Below, piece by piece: positions 51,981 through 58,299 of a stretch of DNA of 58,299 nt. Every line of letters begins with the position of its first letter. Positions within the stretch are counted from its first letter, which is position 1. Made by a program: the position numbers and the translations under genes. The DNA is from a virus (lineage: Duplodnaviria > Caudoviricetes). The notes beneath the pieces are model-generated. The model made no database searches, was not told where the DNA came from, and saw only the letters and a list, made by a program, of their open reading frames with translations. The stretch lies in IMG/VR virus record IMGVR_UViG_3300020060_000002, positions 1 through 58,299 of that record; one strand, given 5' to 3'.

Positions 51981-54719
51981 GTGCAGATCATCGGCAGTGC
52001 CGCCCTCCGCATCGGGGCCATCACCAAGGATCTCCAGAAGACCATCCAGCGCGATGTGAACAAGGCGCTCACCAGCATCAAGGCGCCGAGCGCGAACGCC
52101 CTCGCCGACCTCCAGCGCCAGCTGACCAAGGGCGAGTTGGATCTTGCCAAGGCGCACGACGGAGTCACCGAGGCGCAGAAGCGAGTCAAGGCCGCCGAGG
52201 ACGAGCTGAACAAGGTCCGCAAGGACAAGAAGGCGACCACCGAGCAGGTCACCAAGGCGGAGAAGGCGTTCGCGCGGGCCACGCTCGAGGCCAAGGTCGC
52301 TGTCGACAAGATCGCCGCCGCCGAGGCGAACCAGCTCAAGATCCGCGAGAAGATGAAGCCGGTGACCGTCGAGGTCACCAAGGAGAACGACAATCTCGCC
52401 AAGGGCAACGACAAGCTCGGCAGGTCGTTCAAGGGCCTCCTGGGCGCGATCGGCGGGCTGACCAAGGGATTCGCTTCATCCGTCGCCAGTGGGATGAAGC
52501 TCCTGTTGATCGGCGCCGTCGCGGGCGGTGCCATCGCCGGGGTCACCTCGCTCGCCCTCAGCGTTGGCGCCCTGGTCGGTGCGCTCATTCAGGCATCTGG
52601 TGTCGCCGGACTACTGCCGGCCGCGTTCGCCGGCTACCTCGCGGTGTCGGCCACCGTCAAGCTGGCCACCCAGGGGATCGGCGACGCTTTCTCGGCGATG
52701 GCCTCTGGTGACGCCGCCGCGCTCGCCGCCGCCATGGACAAACTCTCGCCCAGCGCGCGGGCGTTCGTAGGCCAGGTCAACAAGATCAAGCCCGCGTTCG
52801 ACGGTATGCGGCTCAACGTGCAGGAGCGCGCGTTCGCCGGCCTGTCCGAGTCGATCTCCGGACTGGCCGAGCGCTACCTGCCGGTGGCGAACGACCTGTT
52901 CGGCGGCCTGGCCGACAGCCTCAACGGCATGGCCCGCGAGGCGATCAACTTCGCGATGTCGGGCAGGGCGCTCGAGGGCACCAACACGATCGTCGGCAAC
53001 CTCAAGGCGTCGTTCGCCAACATGGTGCCGGCCATCCAGCCGATCATCGGCGCCATCCTCGACGTGACCAGCGTCGGCTCCACGTTCCTCCCCCAGCTCA
53101 CCTCGAGTCTCGGCGGATTCGCCCAGCAGTTCGGCGACAAGATCCGCGCGATGGCCGCCAGCGGCGAGCTGCAGGCGTTCTTCGAGCGCGCCATCGAGGC
53201 GGTGAAGACGCTCGGTCGCATCGCCGGCAACGTCTTCGAGGGGCTCGGCGGGGTCATGCGCGCGGCGAACGCCGCCGGTGGCGGGCTGCTGGCCAACATC
53301 GAATCACTGACGCAGCGGTTCGCCGACTGGACGAACAGCGTCAAGGGCCAGACCGCGCTCACGTCGTTCTTCGAGAGTATGCGGCGCATCATCGAGGCGC
53401 TGTTGCCGGTGGTGCTGTCGCTGGCCGAGGTGTTCGCCAACAGCCTGGCGCCGATCCTGGCCAAGATCGCCGAGGTCATCGCGCCGATCCTGGGACCGCT
53501 GCTCGAGGCCATCGGTCGCGCCCTGGACGCCATGGCCCCGCTGATCGAGGCCCTGTCCGGCGCGTTCGCCATCCTGCTCGAGGCCCTGATCCCGGTGTTC
53601 GACACGCTCGCCGAGGCCCTGACCGAGATCATGCCCGAGCTGACGCCGATCATCGAGCAGATTGCCGAGGCGTTCGCGGCGCTGATCGAGGCCATGGCGC
53701 CCCTCATTCCGGTATTCCTTGATTTGCTGGTGGCCATTCTACCGATCCTGCCACCCCTCATTCAAATGGTCGCGGATCTCATGCCGCAGATCATCGAGCT
53801 GATCGAGATTCTGATTCCGGTAATCGAAGCCTGGGTCCAGATGATGGTGCAGGCGATCCCCGTCTTCTCGGGATTCGTGCAATTCCTGCTCGCCATTCTG
53901 ATTCCCGCGATTCAGCTGGTGGCGTGGATCTTCGAAGGCGTCTACACGGTCATCGGTGCCATCTTCACTGGTATCGGCATCGCGTTCAGTTGGCTGGGCA
54001 CCAGCATCGGTCAGACCTGGGACATGATCACGGGTGTCGTGGGAGCCGCCGCCGATGCCATTTCGAGCATCGTCTCGGGCGCATTCGAGTGGATCAAGAA
54101 CGTTGTCGGCAATGCCATGAATTTCGTCCTAAATGGCGTAGGCGATGCCGTCGGCGGCGTGATCGACTTCTTTGTTAATTTGCCCAGCTCCATCATGGGT
54201 GTCCTGAGCAACGTCGGCTCGTGGCTTGTCGAGGCCGGCAAGAATGCCATCCGCGGATTCATTAACGGGCTCAAGGCTATGGCGGGCAAGGTCATTCAAT
54301 TCTTCAAGAATATGGTCTCCGACGCGATCGATAGCGTACTGGGCTTCCTGGGCATCGGCTCGCCCAGCAAGGTGTTCGCCAAGATCGGGATCGACGTGGG
54401 CCGCGGCCTGATCCTCGGACTGCGCAACGTCACCCCCCTGGTGTCGGCCGCCGCGGAGAAGATGGTCGCCACGGTGACCGCTGCCAGCTCGCCCACGGTG
54501 GGCGTCGGGCTCGACCCCTCCAAGGACAACGGCCTCTCAGCGGCATTCACAGGGGCGCTTCCCGAGCCGGCGGGCGGTGACGGCGCCAGCGCCCCGATGT
54601 CCCCGGAGGAGCTGACCGAGGCGGTCGCGGCCGGCATGGAGCAGGTGGCCGTGGTGATGTCCGATGTCGAGGTAACCAGCAGGGTCAACCGGGTCAACCG
54701 GTCAGACGCGAGGAGGTAG
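51981..54719 (+). CDS. Tape measure protein
   Basis: 912 aa helical; KLSPSARAFV, LGIGSPSKVF. Confidence 0.9.
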   Translation: MQIIGSAALRIGAITKDLQKTIQRDVNKALTSIKAPSANALADLQRQLTKGELDLAKAHDGVTEAQKRVKAAEDELNKVRKDKKATTEQVTKAEKAFARATLEAKVAVDKIAAAEANQLKIREKMKPVTVEVTKENDNLAKGNDKLGRSFKGLLGAIGGLTKGFASSVASGMKLLLIGAVAGGAIAGVTSLALSVGALVGALIQASGVAGLLPAAFAGYLAVSATVKLATQGIGDAFSAMASGDAAALAAAMDKLSPSARAFVGQVNKIKPAFDGMRLNVQERAFAGLSESISGLAERYLPVANDLFGGLADSLNGMAREAINFAMSGRALEGTNTIVGNLKASFANMVPAIQPIIGAILDVTSVGSTFLPQLTSSLGGFAQQFGDKIRAMAASGELQAFFERAIEAVKTLGRIAGNVFEGLGGVMRAANAAGGGLLANIESLTQRFADWTNSVKGQTALTSFFESMRRIIEALLPVVLSLAEVFANSLAPILAKIAEVIAPILGPLLEAIGRALDAMAPLIEALSGAFAILLEALIPVFDTLAEALTEIMPELTPIIEQIAEAFAALIEAMAPLIPVFLDLLVAILPILPPLIQMVADLMPQIIELIEILIPVIEAWVQMMVQAIPVFSGFVQFLLAILIPAIQLVAWIFEGVYTVIGAIFTGIGIAFSWLGTSIGQTWDMITGVVGAAADAISSIVSGAFEWIKNVVGNAMNFVLNGVGDAVGGVIDFFVNLPSSIMGVLSNVGSWLVEAGKNAIRGFINGLKAMAGKVIQFFKNMVSDAIDSVLGFLGIGSPSKVFAKIGIDVGRGLILGLRNVTPLVSAAAEKMVATVTAASSPTVGVGLDPSKDNGLSAAFTGALPEPAGGDGASAPMSPEELTEAVAAGMEQVAVVMSDVEVTSRVNRVNRSDARR

Positions 54720-54721
54720 CC

Positions 54722-55570
54722 GTGGGGCGATTTCGGTTCGGGCCGCTCGGCCGGCTCATGGTGGTCGACACCCCGGAGGACGGGTTCTCCAATGACCCTG
54801 TGGAAATCGGGGTGATCCGGCAGGCGATGGACGGCACGCGGACCAAGGACGTGACCGGCCACAAGCAGGAGTTCAAGATCTCCATGGAGGGACTGGACGC
54901 CCGCGCGCTGTCGTGGTTCGAGATGGCGTTCCGCGGTGCGCTCGGACCCGAGCTGTACATGCTGGACGAGGAGCGGGTCAACCGGATGAACGCCGCCGCC
55001 TCCAGTGCGCGCTCGGCGTGGGCCGCGACGGACCCGTTCGTCTCCACCTCCGGCGTCGAGACTCTCCAAGCCAGCACCGAGTTGCTACTCCCCGGCGTGA
55101 TGGATGGGGCGGCCGTCGAAACCCCGGGGCCGGCGGGCGCGTGGAAGTGGGTCACGGCCATCGGCGCCACCTGCCAGGTCGGCGACATCATCCCCGTCCA
55201 GCTGGGCGAGCATCTGGTGTTCTCCGCCTATGTGCTCGACGCCGGCACGCCGGGCCTGGAGTGGACACCGTTCGCAGCCGACCTCACCCAGCTTCCGCAG
55301 GCCGGCGCGACCACCGTCATCGCCGGCACGCCGCCGCGCCGCTACACGACCTACGTCGTTCCCGCCGGGGTCGCCGCCGTACGGCCGCTCCTGCGCCATC
55401 CGGGCGCGCAGACCTCCGTCATCACCGCGCTCCAGGTCGAGCAGGGCGACACGCCGAGTCCATGGGTGCTGGGGATCGGCACCCCGCGGGTCATGATCGA
55501 GAAGCTGCCACTCGAGCGACGCAAGCTCGGGCGGTACATGAACGCCACGATCGACCTGCTGGAGGTGTGA
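54722..55570 (+). CDS. Minor tail (distal tail-like) protein
   Basis: Follows TMP; LQVEQGDTPSPW. Confidence 0.7.
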   Translation: MGRFRFGPLGRLMVVDTPEDGFSNDPVEIGVIRQAMDGTRTKDVTGHKQEFKISMEGLDARALSWFEMAFRGALGPELYMLDEERVNRMNAAASSARSAWAATDPFVSTSGVETLQASTELLLPGVMDGAAVETPGPAGAWKWVTAIGATCQVGDIIPVQLGEHLVFSAYVLDAGTPGLEWTPFAADLTQLPQAGATTVIAGTPPRRYTTYVVPAGVAAVRPLLRHPGAQTSVITALQVEQGDTPSPWVLGIGTPRVMIEKLPLERRKLGRYMNATIDLLEV

Positions 55571-55572
55571 CA

Positions 55573-58095
55573 GTGCAGACCCACGGCGGCGCGCCCGCGG
55601 CGGCCGCGATCGAGCAGCGGGGCGGGAAGCGCTACCCGCTCTGGCAGGTGCTCGTCGACTGGGCTCGCGACGGCGAGTACGACCATCCGCTGTCGGACAT
55701 GAGCGCCTATGTGGATCAAGCGTTTGTCGACCGCTCGCTGGCCGGATCGTCACCCCAGGAGGTCATGCTGATCGAGGGGCACGCGGCCGCCGAGTTCGGC
55801 GCCACCTGCACCGGCCGGTATGACGGGTTGTCGCTGTCGGCCGTGTTCTCCCCGTACAACGGCTTCTCTCCGTTCTACGGGGACGAGCTGGTGGGGTGCG
55901 GGGTGATCTTCCGAATCGGCATCGAGACCGCCATCGGTGCCATCTGGTACGACCAGTTCTTCGGCGAGGTGCGCAACATCTCCCCCGGCCGGAGTAGCAA
56001 CGAGGTCGTGATCAAGGCCCTCGACCGGGTCGAGGCGTTGCGGGTGCCCGTGACGTTCCCGAAGTGGGCGATCAGCAGCTATCACGTGGATCGCGGCTGG
56101 AGCCTGGCGCAGGTCTGCGAGTCCCAGTGGGTGATCGATCACTGTCTCCGGCACGGCGACACCTCGCCGAGCCCGTATCGGTGGATGTATGACCGCGAGA
56201 AGGGGCTTTTCGACTGGGGCGAGAACCCCTCCGACATCGGCGCCCAGTTCTTCCTGACCGGCAACGGTGGCCACACGCCGGCCATCGGGCAGATGGACAA
56301 CTCCAAGTCGCAGGGCTACCCGAAGTCCGAAGGGGCCGGGAAGCCCATGTACTCGCTGAGCGGGGAGATCCACCCCGACGCGCCGCTGCCACACTCCCGG
56401 CCGGTCGCGTTCAACGGCGTGGAGAACGACGCCACCGGTGAGACCTCCGACGGCCCCTACTCGGCGAACGAGAATCGGTACTGGGCACGGAACCGCAAAG
56501 ATTTCATCACCGAGGGCTCCTACTTTTTCGGGCTCACCCTGGACTTTGTGGACGATCCCGACTCCGAGTCGAACCACAACTACGTCTACGGGGCGCCCGA
56601 GTTCGTCCCGCTGGAGATCTACCCGGGCTGGATGCACAGCCTCAAGATCGCCATCAACACGGGCAGCGTGCGCGCCGAGGTCCGACAGCGCCAGTCGGGG
56701 GCGGGAGCCGTCACCCCCTGGTACGCGATCCCCGTCGGGCCGGCGCATGTGCAAATAGACGTGGTGTGCGACTTCTACCCGACGGTCAAGTTCGGCGTGT
56801 TCATCAACGGCGTGCTCCAGTCCGTCGACTACGTCGACACCGGCTGGGACGCATGGGACCACTGGAGCGACCTGTCGCCCTTCCCCGGGGACTACGTCAA
56901 GGGCCTGGTCGTGGTGCGTCGCAAGGCGGCTATCAGCGATGCCTACTGGCACATGCGTTCGACGAGCGCCGCGGTGACGGATCCGTTCATCAAGGACCAG
57001 ATGCGCAAGGAGGCCCGGTACCCCGCGGTACTCGACCGGGGACTCAACCGGCTGACCAACATCCCGCAGGGCAAGTACGAGGACGCGTGGCAGGTCATCA
57101 CCGCGGTGGCCTCAGCCGAGCTGGGCTCCGCGTTCTGGGACGAGTACGGCACCTTCCGGTTCTGGAACCGCGAGACGATCACCGCGAAGCAAGAGGACGT
57201 GGTGCGCACGTTGACCCTGAGCGACATCGCCGGGGGGCTGGACATGACGAGTTCGCTCGACGGTCTGCGCAACATCGTCACCTCCGACGCTCGATGGACC
57301 CAGGCGGCGCTGGCGGTCGTCTACTCGACGCAGGCGATCGACGAGCTGTACGTGCCCGGGGTGAGCACCGTTGAGCTCACCATCTACCGCGACGACATCC
57401 AGCAGGTGACCGCGTTCAAGGTCCCCCGGTTTGCCACCGTGCCGGACGCAAACGTGCCAAACCTGTGGGTGGCGCAGGCCGACACCGACGGTTACGTGGT
57501 GCAGTGGCTGGTGGCCGGCGTGTGGGCCGAGCGCAACCACTTCACCAGCGGCGTCGATCTCACCTGCCGCCTGGACGCCAACGGCAACTTGGTCATCAGT
57601 GCTTTCAACGGCTACGCCGAGCCGGCCCGGTTCGCCACCGGCACCGGCGACAACAGCGCGGCGCTACGGGTGATGGGCACGCTGATCACCTCGAACCCGA
57701 ACGTCATCACGGCGGCGCTCGACCAGCCCAGTATCGAGAAGTACGGCGAGCGGAACATGGCGATCAGTGGTGACTGGGTGCAGTGGCAGCCGGCTGTCAC
57801 CTCCAGTCTGGTCTCCTACCTCCTGCCCCGGACTTTGCGGCCGGTCCCGACCACGGACCAGATCACGATCGCGGGTGATCCACGCCTCCAGATTGGCGAC
57901 ACTCTCGAGGCCCGGGACCCCGAGGGGCTGGGCGAGACGCTACGAATCCAGATCTTCGGGTACCGCCGCACGGTGGGCCGCACCGCGGGTCTCGTCGATC
58001 AGCTGTCCGTCGAACTGGTCCGGCCGACGTATATCGGACTGTGGGATTCCTTGCAGTACGGCCGGTGGGACGAGACCTTTGTTTGGAGTGCGTGA
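55573..58095 (+). CDS. Large minor tail / baseplate hub protein
   Basis: GGAGG RBS; WDEYGTFRF, SIEKYGER, GDPRLQIGD. Confidence 0.8.
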   Translation: MQTHGGAPAAAAIEQRGGKRYPLWQVLVDWARDGEYDHPLSDMSAYVDQAFVDRSLAGSSPQEVMLIEGHAAAEFGATCTGRYDGLSLSAVFSPYNGFSPFYGDELVGCGVIFRIGIETAIGAIWYDQFFGEVRNISPGRSSNEVVIKALDRVEALRVPVTFPKWAISSYHVDRGWSLAQVCESQWVIDHCLRHGDTSPSPYRWMYDREKGLFDWGENPSDIGAQFFLTGNGGHTPAIGQMDNSKSQGYPKSEGAGKPMYSLSGEIHPDAPLPHSRPVAFNGVENDATGETSDGPYSANENRYWARNRKDFITEGSYFFGLTLDFVDDPDSESNHNYVYGAPEFVPLEIYPGWMHSLKIAINTGSVRAEVRQRQSGAGAVTPWYAIPVGPAHVQIDVVCDFYPTVKFGVFINGVLQSVDYVDTGWDAWDHWSDLSPFPGDYVKGLVVVRRKAAISDAYWHMRSTSAAVTDPFIKDQMRKEARYPAVLDRGLNRLTNIPQGKYEDAWQVITAVASAELGSAFWDEYGTFRFWNRETITAKQEDVVRTLTLSDIAGGLDMTSSLDGLRNIVTSDARWTQAALAVVYSTQAIDELYVPGVSTVELTIYRDDIQQVTAFKVPRFATVPDANVPNLWVAQADTDGYVVQWLVAGVWAERNHFTSGVDLTCRLDANGNLVISAFNGYAEPARFATGTGDNSAALRVMGTLITSNPNVITAALDQPSIEKYGERNMAISGDWVQWQPAVTSSLVSYLLPRTLRPVPTTDQITIAGDPRLQIGDTLEARDPEGLGETLRIQIFGYRRTVGRTAGLVDQLSVELVRPTYIGLWDSLQYGRWDETFVWSA

Positions 58096-58299
58096 TGGCG
58101 ATCGTCTCGATGCTGGACGCGGTGTTCGGCGAGCCGGCGTCCAGCGCGGAATACAACAAGCTGATCGACAACATCATCGACTTGGACGCGCGGCTCGGCG
58201 CCGTGGTGTCCGGGAGTCCGGTTAACACCAGGCTGACCACGCTCGAGACCCGCACGACCGACACGGTCACCACCGGCGGCATCGGCAACCAGCGTCTCG
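58095..58299 (+). CDS. Minor tail protein, N-terminal part (continues at 128-660)
   Basis: TGATG coupling; frame runs into the terminal repeat. Confidence 0.75.
   Translation, partial: MAIVSMLDAVFGEPASSAEYNKLIDNIIDLDARLGAVVSGSPVNTRLTTLETRTTDTVTTGGIGNQRL

Noticed and set aside
58173-58299. 127-bp terminal direct repeat as a biological LTR or att site
   Set aside because: It lies mid-gene and its length equals a common assembler k-mer; best explained as a circular-contig overlap.

Overview
The window appears to be the complete, circularly permuted genome (about 58,172 bp unique; positions 1-127 repeat exactly at 58173-58299) of a high-GC siphovirus of Actinobacteria. Its head and tail genes resemble the mycobacteriophage cluster-B type: portal-MuF fusion with an intein, protease fusion, two capsid proteins, major tail, frameshifted tail chaperone, tape measure and minor tails. 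It also encodes ERF/SSB recombination, a Rep initiator plus helicase, an M15 endolysin/holin, RusA and terminase. I see no integrase, ParAB or classical cI. Two features stand out. (1) A reverse-strand actinomycete plasmid/AICE-type conjugation module (FtsK-like TraB, DUF2637/Spd-like membrane protein, small membrane protein) has a dense GGACC repeat array inside traB, suggesting a conjugative phage-plasmid. (2) At least 11 copies of a palindromic operator-promoter (TTGT-N2-C-run...G-run-N2-ACAT) sit exactly 36 nt upstream of leaderless ATGs or purine starts and are often fused to terminators, partitioning the accessory genes into cassettes. Several candidate structured RNAs, a secreted peptide and anti-CBASS-like proteins (Acb2, 2H phosphoesterase) are also present. 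All family assignments come from motif recognition by eye, not from database searches.
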